Shown piece after piece: positions 1-7,099 of a stretch of 39,574 bases of DNA (its first letter is position 1; every line of letters starts with the position of its first letter). Source of the stretch: an uncultured Candidatus Saccharibacteria bacterium (GTDB taxonomy: Bacteria; Patescibacteriota; Minisyncoccia; Phycocordibacterales; UBA9973). The stretch covers positions 1 through 39,574 of the forward strand of contig CAZRUN010000001.1 in the NCBI GenBank assembly GCA_964603415.1, read 5' to 3'. The notes beneath the pieces were generated by a model. The model was not told the DNA's origin. It searched no databases and saw only the letters and a list, made by a program, of their open reading frames with translations. The position numbers and the translations under genes were made by a program.

Positions 1-98
1 TGAACTACTTATGGCAAGGAGAGCAAATCATAAACATCTACGCAGAAACAGTAACCGAAGCGAACGCAAAAACACCAGAAGAAGTATTATCAATTTAA
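1..98 (+). CDS. C-terminal end of a + strand CDS cut by the left edge (probably the continuation of the ORF that leaves the right edge)
   Basis: Reading codons from nt 3, the frame is open to TAA at 96-98, which lies 3 nt before the ATG at 102. Joining nt 39574 (C) to nt 1-2 (TG) keeps the 37672.. ORF in frame, giving 2001 nt in total. Confidence 0.5.
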   Translation, partial: NYLWQGEQIINIYAETVTEANAKTPEEVLSI

Positions 99-101
99 CT
101 T

Positions 102-335
102 ATGAAAAATTTACCTAAAGTAGATACTCTTGCATTAGACATTGAGTATATAAAAAAAGACATAAAAACAATCAACGATAAGTTGGACAACAAGTATGTT
201 TCACATGACACATTTGACCTAACAGTAACCTCATTGAACAAAGCTATCCAAATGATTGTATACATTGGAGCTTTCCTACTTACACCTGTTTACGGAGCGA
301 TAATTGCATTATTATTCAAAGCATTTACACAATAA
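102..335 (+). CDS. Lysis-associated membrane protein (holin-like): coiled N-terminus and a single C-terminal TM helix
   Basis: ATG start. The C-terminal hydrophobic stretch is IVYIGAFLLTPVYGAIIALLF. The gene lies immediately upstream of the amidase, with its stop 1 nt before the amidase ATG. Confidence 0.45.
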   Translation: MKNLPKVDTLALDIEYIKKDIKTINDKLDNKYVSHDTFDLTVTSLNKAIQMIVYIGAFLLTPVYGAIIALLFKAFTQ

Positions 336-336
336 T

Positions 337-936
337 ATGAAATTCTACGAAACAAATACTTATAAAAAACTAAAGGACAGTCCAAAGAATAACTTCCCTA
401 ACAAGTTTATTATCCATCACAGTGGAGGAACTGACGCTAACCCTCTTTTAGATACTTCACACCACACAGCAACCATGATGGAATCGTGGCACTTATCTAA
501 AGGTTGGGACGGATTAGGATATACATTCGTTATCCATAAAAATGGTGACGTATGGCGTGGTAGACCAGAACACCGTTCAGGAGCTCACACAGTCAATCAC
601 AACTCGTCTTCTATAGGTATTTGTCTTGCAGGTAACTTTGATGCAACCATGCCTACAAAAGAGCAGGAGGAAGCATTTAAGGAGCTATACAGGTATCTAG
701 TAGGTATCTACGGAAAGCTACCAATCAATTATCACCGAGACTTTGCAACAAAGACTTGTCCAGGTAAAAAGATTACCAAAGACTATTTCGCAAAACTTGC
801 AGAAAATGCACTTGCACCTAAAGTAGAAATACTTGATAACACACCCGAAGCTATAGCGTATTGCAAGACTGAATCGAGCCTTGCAAGAAAGGGTATTATC
901 GAAATGATTATTAACTTATTACAAAAACTAATATGA
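337..936 (+). CDS. N-acetylmuramoyl-L-alanine amidase (Amidase_2/PGRP fold, T7-lysozyme-like endolysin)
   Basis: Motifs seen: IIHHSGG, GWDGLGYTFVIHKNGDVWRGRP, GAHTVNHNSSSIGICLAGNF, HRDFATKTCPG. The track start at 304 is a TTG inside the upstream gene, so the ATG at 337 is preferred. Confidence 0.9.
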   Translation: MKFYETNTYKKLKDSPKNNFPNKFIIHHSGGTDANPLLDTSHHTATMMESWHLSKGWDGLGYTFVIHKNGDVWRGRPEHRSGAHTVNHNSSSIGICLAGNFDATMPTKEQEEAFKELYRYLVGIYGKLPINYHRDFATKTCPGKKITKDYFAKLAENALAPKVEILDNTPEAIAYCKTESSLARKGIIEMIINLLQKLI

Positions 937-1259
937 AAAAACTATTAAATTGGATTATTTACTCAAGTGAAAACCCACAAAACTTCTCACTTACATTAAA
1001 AGGTATCGTGGCGTCTATCCTACCTATCGCACTTCTTTTAGGGCAACAGCTCGGATTCTCTCTTGACGGAGCTAACGCAGAACAGTTTGTACTCTCTGTA
1101 ATTACAGTATGTACAACAGTAATCACTCTTATCGGTGCAATCCGTAAAGTTGTGAACACACTTACAGAAAAAGAAACGGTAGTGTTCCAAGTACCTGCTA
1201 AGAAAAAGTTGTCCACAGTTGCAAAGAAAAAAACTGTTGCACCTAAAAAGAAAGCGTAA
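933..1259 (+). CDS. Two-TM membrane protein with a Lys-rich C-terminal tail (holin candidate)
   Basis: ATGA overlap with the amidase stop. Two hydrophobic segments are present (IVASILPIALLLG and VLSVITVCTTVITLIGAI). The tail reads PAKKKLSTVAKKKTVAPKKKA. Confidence 0.5.
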   Translation: MKKLLNWIIYSSENPQNFSLTLKGIVASILPIALLLGQQLGFSLDGANAEQFVLSVITVCTTVITLIGAIRKVVNTLTEKETVVFQVPAKKKLSTVAKKKTVAPKKKA

Positions 1260-1411
1260 TATAATTATTACATGTCTCGAAGTAAACCTAGAGACAACAC
1301 ATTATTTATTTTGCTCTAGTGAAATAAAGACTAGGAACGATACGCTTGTGACCAGCACCTTGCAGATAGGTATCTGTGACTGGGGTAAACTCGCAACTCG
1401 AAATCGCATTA

Positions 1412-1438
1412 ACACACCTTGCCGGTGTGTTTTTGTTT
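1412..1438 (+). terminator. Rho-independent terminator
   Basis: Stem ACACACC (1412-1418) pairs with GGTGTGT (1424-1430) around the loop TTGCC, followed by TTTTTGTTT. Confidence 0.7.
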
Positions 1439-1439
1439 A

Positions 1440-1448
1440 TGGTAATAT
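1440..1448 (+). promoter_or_regulatory. Extended -10 promoter (TGGTAATAT) giving a leaderless mRNA
   Basis: The TG-extended -10 element ends at 1448. The A of the ATG at 1455 sits at the expected +1 position. Confidence 0.45.
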
Positions 1449-1454
1449 ATGTGA

Positions 1455-1676
1455 ATGGATAAATATGAGCACAACTGCCCTAAATGCAAACACACACGAT
1501 ACTCGATCAACGACTATTTTTGTATTAAAAACAAAGGGCTTTGTGAATGGTGTCTCGGATTCGAGAACATGCCGTATAAAAACAAGAGAGGTAAGTACCA
1601 CAAAAGAACTGGTGTAAAGTTCAAAGATTCGGATCAATGGGCTAAATATCGACCTAAAAACTTATCCACAGTTTAG
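1455..1676 (+). CDS. Small zinc-ribbon-like protein, basic C-terminus
   Basis: Contains CPKC ... C ... CEWC cysteine pairs. The ATG lies at the predicted transcription start. Confidence 0.6.
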   Translation: MDKYEHNCPKCKHTRYSINDYFCIKNKGLCEWCLGFENMPYKNKRGKYHKRTGVKFKDSDQWAKYRPKNLSTV

Positions 1677-1689
1677 TAATTTATCCACA
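1662..1689 (+). promoter_or_regulatory. Two direct perfect DnaA-box consensus 9-mers (TTATCCACA)
   Basis: TTATCCACA occurs at 1662-1670 and 1681-1689. The second copy lies just upstream of the TGGTAAAAT -10 element at 1698-1706. Confidence 0.5.
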
Positions 1690-1697
1690 TATTTTCG

Positions 1698-1706
1698 TGG
1701 TAAAAT
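1698..1706 (+). promoter_or_regulatory. Extended -10 promoter-like element (TGGTAAAAT) upstream of the transglycosylase gene
   Basis: Sequence match to the TGGTATAAT family used elsewhere in the window. Confidence 0.4.
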
Positions 1707-1750
1707 AGATATATCCAGTTATGCGTTGGTAGAGCAAAACTACCACTACT

Positions 1751-2185
1751 ATGAAACGAAAAACAAAACTAATTATCGGGCTTTTACTATGGTTCTTACT
1801 ATGGGTTATATCGTTAGTGGTATTTCCTTTATCACGAGCTAGAGCAGAAGCACCTTTAAACACGATAGACGTACCTGTAGAGATTGCACAAGACCCTATT
1901 AAGTCTTATGCGTACGAACAGGTAACCTATAATTGGAGTTCAGAACAGTGGGATAGCTTTAATAATATTATTGAACATGAAAGCCAGTGGAATCCTAAAG
2001 CACAAAACAGGACTTCAACAGCTTTCGGATTAGGTCAATTTTTAAACTCGACTTGGAAATGGATGGGGTATGAAAAAACAGAAGACCCTATTATCCAAAT
2101 CCATGCAACTATAAAGTACATTGAAACTGTTTACGGTACACCTGATAAGGCGTGGACTGTGTGGCAGCGACAACGTTGGTACTAA
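1751..2185 (+). CDS. Secreted lytic transglycosylase-like peptidoglycan hydrolase (SLT/IsaA-type domain) with an N-terminal signal peptide
   Basis: The N-terminus KRKTK + LIIGLLLWFLLWVISLVVFPL + SRARA/EA looks like a Sec signal peptide. The catalytic-type motif is EHESQWNPKAQNRTSTAFGLGQF. Confidence 0.8.
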   Translation: MKRKTKLIIGLLLWFLLWVISLVVFPLSRARAEAPLNTIDVPVEIAQDPIKSYAYEQVTYNWSSEQWDSFNNIIEHESQWNPKAQNRTSTAFGLGQFLNSTWKWMGYEKTEDPIIQIHATIKYIETVYGTPDKAWTVWQRQRWY

Positions 2186-2186
2186 T

Positions 2187-2219
2187 AAAAACCCCTACCA
2201 TTACGGCGGGGGTTTTTTG
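2187..2219. terminator. Bidirectional intrinsic terminator between convergent genes
   Basis: AAAAACCCC ... GGGGGTTTTTT hairpin with an A-run on one side and a T-run on the other. Confidence 0.7.
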
Positions 2220-2287
2220 CGTCTATATTCTTTCCATTTTTTGAAAAGGGCGATAACGCAAGCAGTAAGGAAAGCAGCGATAAGCAT
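2201..2287 (-). CDS. Possible 28-aa hydrophobic micro-ORF (MLIAAFLTACVIALFKKWKEYRRKKPPP)
   Basis: The ATG lies 3 nt after the stop of the upstream minus-strand gene and in the same frame. The product has one TM-like segment. The 3' end overlaps the terminator hairpin. It is below the ORF-track size cutoff. Confidence 0.25.
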   Translation of the reverse strand: MLIAAFLTACVIALFKKWKEYRRKKPPP

Positions 2288-2290
2288 CAG

Positions 2291-2659
2291 CTAGTCGAGG
2301 GTATATTGAGGGTCATCTTTGAACTGAATCAATGCGTTCCAATCAGCTCGTGGCATGATTTTGGTAACATCGTTGATGATTTCAATATGGAAGTCTCCTT
2401 CGGTTTTCATAGGCTTGAGGTTAAGTCCACACCCAGCAACGGAGCAGTAGGAATTGTATTGAATCATACCTTTCTCTACTTTCACCATTTGGATTATGTG
2501 CGTTGTGAAACCCCGAGTTCCTTTACGTTTAGCTTTTCTGATTACATACTCTCTTTTAGAACGACCGATAGTAACAAAGGGTATTCCAATTTGTGGTAGG
2601 TTTTTATCGTAGCACTTCTGACAGAATTGCACACGAGTAATTTCTGTATGTTGTTTCAT
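2291..2659 (-). CDS. Hypothetical protein (122 aa)
   Basis: Long ORF. The ATG at 2659 (MKQHTEITRV...) is preferred over the upstream track start, which would run into the promoter region. Confidence 0.6.
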   Translation of the reverse strand: MKQHTEITRVQFCQKCYDKNLPQIGIPFVTIGRSKREYVIRKAKRKGTRGFTTHIIQMVKVEKGMIQYNSYCSVAGCGLNLKPMKTEGDFHIEIINDVTKIMPRADWNALIQFKDDPQYTLD

Positions 2660-2695
2660 GGCTACAGATTTTATTGTGAAATAATACTTGTATAT

Positions 2696-2703
2696 ATTAT
2701 ACA
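2696..2703 (-). promoter_or_regulatory. Candidate -10 element (TGTATAAT on the minus strand) for the 2659 gene
   Basis: The reverse complement reads GGTGTATAAT, about 37 nt upstream of the ATG at 2659. Confidence 0.35.
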
Positions 2704-2730
2704 CCTGTTCGCTATTGTATAGCAATAAGT

Positions 2731-2748
2731 TTATCCACATGGTATAAT
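2731..2748 (+). promoter_or_regulatory. DnaA box abutting an extended -10 promoter (TTATCCACA-TGGTATAAT)
   Basis: A perfect TTATCCACA at 2731-2739 is directly followed by TGGTATAAT at 2740-2748. The HNH gene ATG is at 2767. Confidence 0.6.
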
Positions 2749-2766
2749 TATATCAAACAACTTAAT

Positions 2767-3192
2767 ATGAAACGTACCTCCAGACACCATGTCGTGCCCA
2801 TTTCGATCGGTGGTTGGGACTGTGAGCAAAACATCATATTCCTAACCAATGAAGAGCATGTAAAACTACATCAAATAATGAACATACCGTACGATTCAAT
2901 CAGGCTTTTTAGAAAAAGAACCAATCATATCCTATTCGTAAATGAATACTATGTGAGAGAGCTTGCCCTAGTGCAAGAAATCTTTTTCAAGAACCTTGAT
3001 AAAATCGACCCGTTCGTTATAGAACTCATCGCTAATTCACTACATCAACTGGTGCTCAAGGCTGTAAACGAGTACCAGATCAGCAGATTCAGTATCATAG
3101 ACCGCTTTGATACACCACTTCAAAAGGCACGCTATATGATTAAGTCATACCATGCCGTGCTCTTGATTGCAGTGCTTAGAAAAACACGCTAG
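2767..3192 (+). CDS. HNH endonuclease
   Basis: HHVVPISIGGWDCEQNIIFLTNEEHVKLH matches the HH..P...GG...N...L...H..LH pattern of HNH nucleases. Confidence 0.8.
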   Translation: MKRTSRHHVVPISIGGWDCEQNIIFLTNEEHVKLHQIMNIPYDSIRLFRKRTNHILFVNEYYVRELALVQEIFFKNLDKIDPFVIELIANSLHQLVLKAVNEYQISRFSIIDRFDTPLQKARYMIKSYHAVLLIAVLRKTR

Positions 3193-3193
3193 T

Positions 3194-3220
3194 AAAAACA
3201 CCCTCACAGGGGTGTTTTTT
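3194..3220. terminator. Bidirectional intrinsic terminator
   Basis: AAAAACACCC-TCACAG-GGGTGTTTTTT, placed between the convergent HNH (+) and nuclease-like (-) genes. Confidence 0.75.
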
Positions 3221-3593
3221 AATAGACTATTTTATCTGCTATCTCTTTTGCTTTTTCAAACGTGAGTGACTTCTTACGGTTCGTCATGCGAGCGTGTACG
3301 AAGTTGTTCACAGTTATCAGCACGAACGCTTTAGGGTATTGGATAACAACGTACGCCGGAACTGGTGGCATATTGAACCCGTCACAAGGCTTAACTCTCG
3401 GATCAGCATCACTGAGTTTGAAGCATAATCCCTCTTCCTGTATTGCAACGAGTGCATTTACCTGATGATCCTCAACGGCAGAGAACGGTAAACTATCAGT
3501 AGTAGTCTGCTTGATTTCATACGCACAGTATATCTTATTTTGTTTCAAGTACTTCTCAATCCGTGGGGTTATAGAGGCTTCTCTTTTATTCAT
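3219..3593 (-). CDS. Hypothetical protein, possibly a small PD-(D/E)XK / VRR-NUC-like nuclease
   Basis: An E-x-K-type motif (AYEIKQ) is followed by DHQVNAL. The gene lies directly downstream of the SF2 helicase and overlaps it, a common helicase/VRR-NUC pairing in phages. The motif match is weak. Confidence 0.4.
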   Translation of the reverse strand: MNKREASITPRIEKYLKQNKIYCAYEIKQTTTDSLPFSAVEDHQVNALVAIQEEGLCFKLSDADPRVKPCDGFNMPPVPAYVVIQYPKAFVLITVNNFVHARMTNRKKSLTFEKAKEIADKIVY

Positions 3594-4869
3594 ATATCTT
3601 CTCGTTAAAATCTACACCGCTGTTAATAGTTTTATATGCTTGCTCGTCAATACTTCCTTTTTCTTTGACCACAAGGGATATGTACAGGTTCTTTTTAAGA
3701 GCATCAGCTCGGAGAACTCGACCATCACCTTGTATCTTATCAACTACCGCAGGGGAATACGAGGCATAAATAACACAGTCGCAGGTCTTAAACTCCCACC
3801 CAGCCGAGATACTTGATTGAACTACTACAATACATTTATCTACATGGTCAATAGTCTCAAGGATCTCTTTGCGGTTTTTTGTCTCACCTGTAATCGTATA
3901 TACGTTATACCCCTCTTGTTTCAGAGCGTCAGCTATAGCATACACCTGCCCTTTCCAGTTTGCAAACACGAGCATTTTATCGAACTCTTCAGCTCGTTCC
4001 AGTATGTACTCGATCTTTTCGTTGTTGAAATGCAGTGTTTTCTTTTTCAGCTCCTCCTCACGTTCATTGATTTTTACCGTCTCGTACGTGTACAGTATAC
4101 CGTTCTCAATAGCTCGTTGCTTGGCTCTACGTGCCATAGGGTCTGCCTCGCTTGTTACATGGTCTTTAATGGCTTGTTTTTGGCTCGTGGTGAGGCTTAC
4201 ATAGTGTACCAGGTGAGTTTGTGGGGGTACGTCAAAGTAATCGTGTAATGAGCCTGTATAGCCATAACGCTTGATGATCTCAAGTCTTCTATTCTCTAGT
4301 TCTTCATTTTGTTTAGCAAACCAAATCGATGTGAACCCTTTTTTGCGTTCTGTATAGTACTTGTTCCGGAAGTCCAAGTAGCTCCACTTCGCTCCGAATA
4401 GGGTTGCCATAGCGTACACGTTGAGCGGTTTTGTTTCAGATGCTGGGGTTGCGGTAAGTGGGTAGTAGCGATCCGGCTTGTGGGTTTCAAGGTACCATTT
4501 AAGTGCATCGAATAGCTGTGATGTCTGTGGGTATTTTACACCACGGCGTGTCACCTCCTTGGTATGTACCCCTGAGAAGAACTTATGAGCCTCGTCCACG
4601 ATTACCGTATCGAACCGTGGGAGTGTACGGTGCAGTTTCTTAAAGTCCTCTTTTGAGAGTACAGTTATATCCTTGTTGATCCCAAACTTTTTGTTCTCAT
4701 TTTCGAACTTCTGCTCATCACGCTGGGTCTTCAGCACTATCACGAGTGTTTTACCTTGTGCAAGTTCAAGTGACGTCCGAGTTTTAGCAGAGCCAGTACC
4801 TTGCCAAAGACCCTTCCACTTAGGATCATCGGCTATTATTTTTTTTTGATGATCGTAAAGTGGTATCAT
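3586..4869 (-). CDS. SF2 (DEAD/DEAH, SNF2-like) helicase
   Basis: Walker A-like GTGSAKT, the motif VIVDEAHKF, and a C-terminal helicase-domain-like region (VVVQSSISAGWEF). Confidence 0.85.
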   Translation of the reverse strand: MIPLYDHQKKIIADDPKWKGLWQGTGSAKTRTSLELAQGKTLVIVLKTQRDEQKFENENKKFGINKDITVLSKEDFKKLHRTLPRFDTVIVDEAHKFFSGVHTKEVTRRGVKYPQTSQLFDALKWYLETHKPDRYYPLTATPASETKPLNVYAMATLFGAKWSYLDFRNKYYTERKKGFTSIWFAKQNEELENRRLEIIKRYGYTGSLHDYFDVPPQTHLVHYVSLTTSQKQAIKDHVTSEADPMARRAKQRAIENGILYTYETVKINEREEELKKKTLHFNNEKIEYILERAEEFDKMLVFANWKGQVYAIADALKQEGYNVYTITGETKNRKEILETIDHVDKCIVVVQSSISAGWEFKTCDCVIYASYSPAVVDKIQGDGRVLRADALKKNLYISLVVKEKGSIDEQAYKTINSGVDFNEKIYE

Positions 4870-4874
4870 AATGG

Positions 4875-5045
4875 TTATTTTTTACTCAAGTCTACAACTG
4901 AAACATCAGGGTAAACCTTGAGGATCTTGAATACAAAGTTAATGATCGCTATCTTAAACTTCGACTTTGTACTTAATGTAGGTCTTAATTCTAAATTGTT
5001 TTCTTTTAAAAAGTCTATTACTTTTTGTGCGTGTGGTGTGATCAT
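4875..5045 (-). CDS. Hypothetical 56-aa protein (MITPHAQKVIDFLKEN...)
   Basis: ATG start. The stop lies 5 nt before the helicase ATG. It is below the ORF-track cutoff and was found by manual translation. Confidence 0.45.
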   Translation of the reverse strand: MITPHAQKVIDFLKENNLELRPTLSTKSKFKIAIINFVFKILKVYPDVSVVDLSKK

Positions 5046-5155
5046 AATGTTTATTGTGAGCTGTATGTACCCGCAGGGAGATGTGCCTACCCTACACTAT
5101 TTTCAGACGAGTCGAGCGTCTCTTTCTCCCCCTGTGGGGACACAAGCTCTTTTAA

Positions 5156-5371
5156 TTACATTGATAAAAATCTTTTAATTCTATTCCAAAGGCTATACTC
5201 TCGTTTGACGTTTTCAATTACTTCCATGATAGCTTTATGTGCTTCCTTGTACTGTCTCTTGGTCATTTTCTGTTTCCATTTCCCAAGTACGAGCATGTAA
5301 CTATCAGATGGTCTTATGGTATTTGCTCCGTTACCTAAAATAATGTTGTGAGTTCCTATTTTTTCTTTCAT
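5156..5371 (-). CDS. Hypothetical protein (71 aa)
   Basis: ATG-initiated ORF in the tightly packed leftward gene string. Confidence 0.55.
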   Translation of the reverse strand: MKEKIGTHNIILGNGANTIRPSDSYMLVLGKWKQKMTKRQYKEAHKAIMEVIENVKREYSLWNRIKRFLSM

Positions 5372-5375
5372 AATA

Positions 5376-5759
5376 CTAGTGTTGTGTGGTTACATAATAA
5401 GACTTTAGGTAGTCAGCAACAACCTTTCCTCCGTTATAGTCAGCGTTTTTTTCTGCAATAGTCACGATGCCTTCAATGGTAAACTTCGCATTATCATTAT
5501 CTGCAAGATGTTCTCCAGGTCCATAGCATGAACAGTGTCCTAATTGACCGTATGACCATTCACCTTTCTTGTTACGCCATACTGCAAATCCTGAGCCTTC
5601 ATATGAACCAATTTCATACCAATAAATGAAAACATCTGCTTCAACTTTAGCCTTAGCGTCTTTATCCTTAAATTTTCCAGTTAGGTCATACGCACCAATC
5701 GAGTCTTTTCCTAGTTGTATGATTTTGCCAATACCCTTAACTTTTATATCTTGTATCAT
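5376..5759 (-). CDS. Hypothetical protein (127 aa) with a GHCSCYGP motif
   Basis: ATG-initiated ORF, 4 nt upstream of the next gene. I do not recognise a family. Confidence 0.65.
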   Translation of the reverse strand: MIQDIKVKGIGKIIQLGKDSIGAYDLTGKFKDKDAKAKVEADVFIYWYEIGSYEGSGFAVWRNKKGEWSYGQLGHCSCYGPGEHLADNDNAKFTIEGIVTIAEKNADYNGGKVVADYLKSYYVTTQH

Positions 5760-5782
5760 AATGTTATTCTGTACTTAATTTG

Positions 5783-6037
5783 TTAATGATTATAACCTTC
5801 CCATATTTCTACTGCCTTACTAAAAGTGATTTCATCTGGTGACAGTTTGCTACCTTCTCCATGAGTTGTCACATAAGCCATAAAGCTTATGAAGCAGAAA
5901 TATACAAGTTTTTTTGGCAATTTACTAGCAATCCATTGATAAATTCTATTTACAAACACATACTCAGTTACTTGGTCAGTGAACCAACTATTTGACCATG
6001 CATCAAAACGATTTATATTTCTTGTGATTTTTTTCAT
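5783..6037 (-). CDS. Hypothetical membrane protein (84 aa)
   Basis: ATG start; central hydrophobic segment LVYFCFISFMAYV. Confidence 0.6.
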   Translation of the reverse strand: MKKITRNINRFDAWSNSWFTDQVTEYVFVNRIYQWIASKLPKKLVYFCFISFMAYVTTHGEGSKLSPDEITFSKAVEIWEGYNH

Positions 6038-6045
6038 ATTCTTAG

Positions 6046-6300
6046 TTAATTACTTAATTTGTTAATGTGACTGTCGATGATAGAGATAGCGTCCTCTGAT
6101 GTAAAAGTATCTTGTTCACTTGAACTATATTCTATCTCTCCCTTAATAGTCTCCAATTCTGCTTTATGCTCTTGGTCTTTTTTAGTGAGTATGTTCGACA
6201 TGAGATTAGCAATATTGCTAATAAGTGCCTCTTCCGCATCAATATCATAATTAAAAGTAATTTCTCTCAACGATTCAATCCAATTATTGTTTGTGTTCAT
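6046..6300 (-). CDS. Hypothetical acidic protein (84 aa)
   Basis: ATG-initiated ORF on the same strand as its neighbours. Confidence 0.6.
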   Translation of the reverse strand: MNTNNNWIESLREITFNYDIDAEEALISNIANLMSNILTKKDQEHKAELETIKGEIEYSSSEQDTFTSEDAISIIDSHINKLSN

Positions 6301-6336
6301 ACTTAATTTCTATTTATTCCCTGTGTGGGGTGGGTG

Positions 6337-6543
6337 TTATTTCAATTTCTCAAGTTTACTAATAATCTTTTGTAAATCTTTAATAAGATTTTCCTTAGTA
6401 TCCCAATGCTTTAGAACACCTGAACAGGGTTCACCAATTTCATGAACACTATATCTTTTTATATCACTCTCATGAGACTCAGTAAGATAAACTGACCATC
6501 TTTGATTTTCAACGAGTAAATACTTTGTTTCTATTTTATTCAT
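6337..6543 (-). CDS. Hypothetical protein (68 aa)
   Basis: ATG-initiated ORF. Confidence 0.6.
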   Translation of the reverse strand: MNKIETKYLLVENQRWSVYLTESHESDIKRYSVHEIGEPCSGVLKHWDTKENLIKDLQKIISKLEKLK

Positions 6544-6557
6544 AATATCTCCACGTT

Positions 6558-6731
6558 TTATGCCTGTGTGGGCGTTAGGTTGTCTGATAATTCTTTTACC
6601 TTTTTACAAGTATCGCATTGAGCAAGTTGAGTAGTTCCTATTTTCTCATAAGTACCACCGCAAGTTATCGTACCTGAATATCCGTCTCCAATGTCCTCTA
6701 CGAATACTTTTTCTTTACATTTATCTTTCAT
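6558..6731 (-). CDS. Small Cys-containing protein (57 aa, zinc-ribbon-like)
   Basis: The ATG at 6731 lies 1 nt after the YopX stop; the track start at 6869 would overlap YopX by 137 nt. Cysteines occur as C...C...CDTC. Confidence 0.5.
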   Translation of the reverse strand: MKDKCKEKVFVEDIGDGYSGTITCGGTYEKIGTTQLAQCDTCKKVKELSDNLTPTQA

Positions 6732-6732
6732 A

Positions 6733-7098
6733 CTACTCTTGTGATGGTTGGGTTGATAATAGTTCAGGTGATTCGTAAACATTTCCGATGATTTCAAGGG
6801 TTTGATTGAGGTCGTTTTTTCTTTCGTGTTGGAGTGTCCTAAGTCGGTGAATGATAAAGAATATATCATGTGTTAAAACTAACCTTTCCTCTCTTCCTGG
6901 GCTAAATCTATTCATTAAAATATCACCCTCATAAATCTCTTTACCGTTTTTGTCTTTGAGACCTGTGTATTGCATTACTTCCTTTGCAACATTGTGTCTT
7001 TGAAAAGGAACCATGGTATCAAGTGTGCTACGGTCTATCGCAAACCAATCATACACCATTTCATTTCCATCCCAAGCTCTAAATTTTATTTCTCTCAT
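6733..7098 (-). CDS. YopX-family protein
   Basis: Shows MREIKFRAWD, QYTGLKDKNGKEIYEGDI and IIGNVYESPELL, the canonical YopX signatures. Confidence 0.85.
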   Translation of the reverse strand: MREIKFRAWDGNEMVYDWFAIDRSTLDTMVPFQRHNVAKEVMQYTGLKDKNGKEIYEGDILMNRFSPGREERLVLTHDIFFIIHRLRTLQHERKNDLNQTLEIIGNVYESPELLSTQPSQE

Positions 7099-7099
7099 A

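Noticed and set aside
11-115. 34-aa basic ORF MARRANHKHLRRNS... starting with ATGGCA, reminiscent of the MARRKAK fibre N-termini
   Set aside because: It overlaps both the open frame that continues the right-edge ORF (stop at 96-98) and the ATG at 102. It is more likely a chance out-of-frame ORF.
304-336. Upstream TTG start for the amidase given by the ORF track
   Set aside because: It lies inside the preceding gene. The ATG at 337 sits 1 nt after that gene's stop and fits the usual packing.
1219-1617. 132-aa plus-strand ORF spanning 1219-1617
   Set aside because: It runs through the intrinsic terminator at 1412-1438 and the promoter and start of the zinc-ribbon gene. Its composition is not protein-like and its start codon is alternative.
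3817-4508. ORFs antisense to or out of frame with the SF2 helicase (3817-4248, 3869-4204, 4296-4508)
   Set aside because: They are shadow ORFs inside a well-supported helicase gene.
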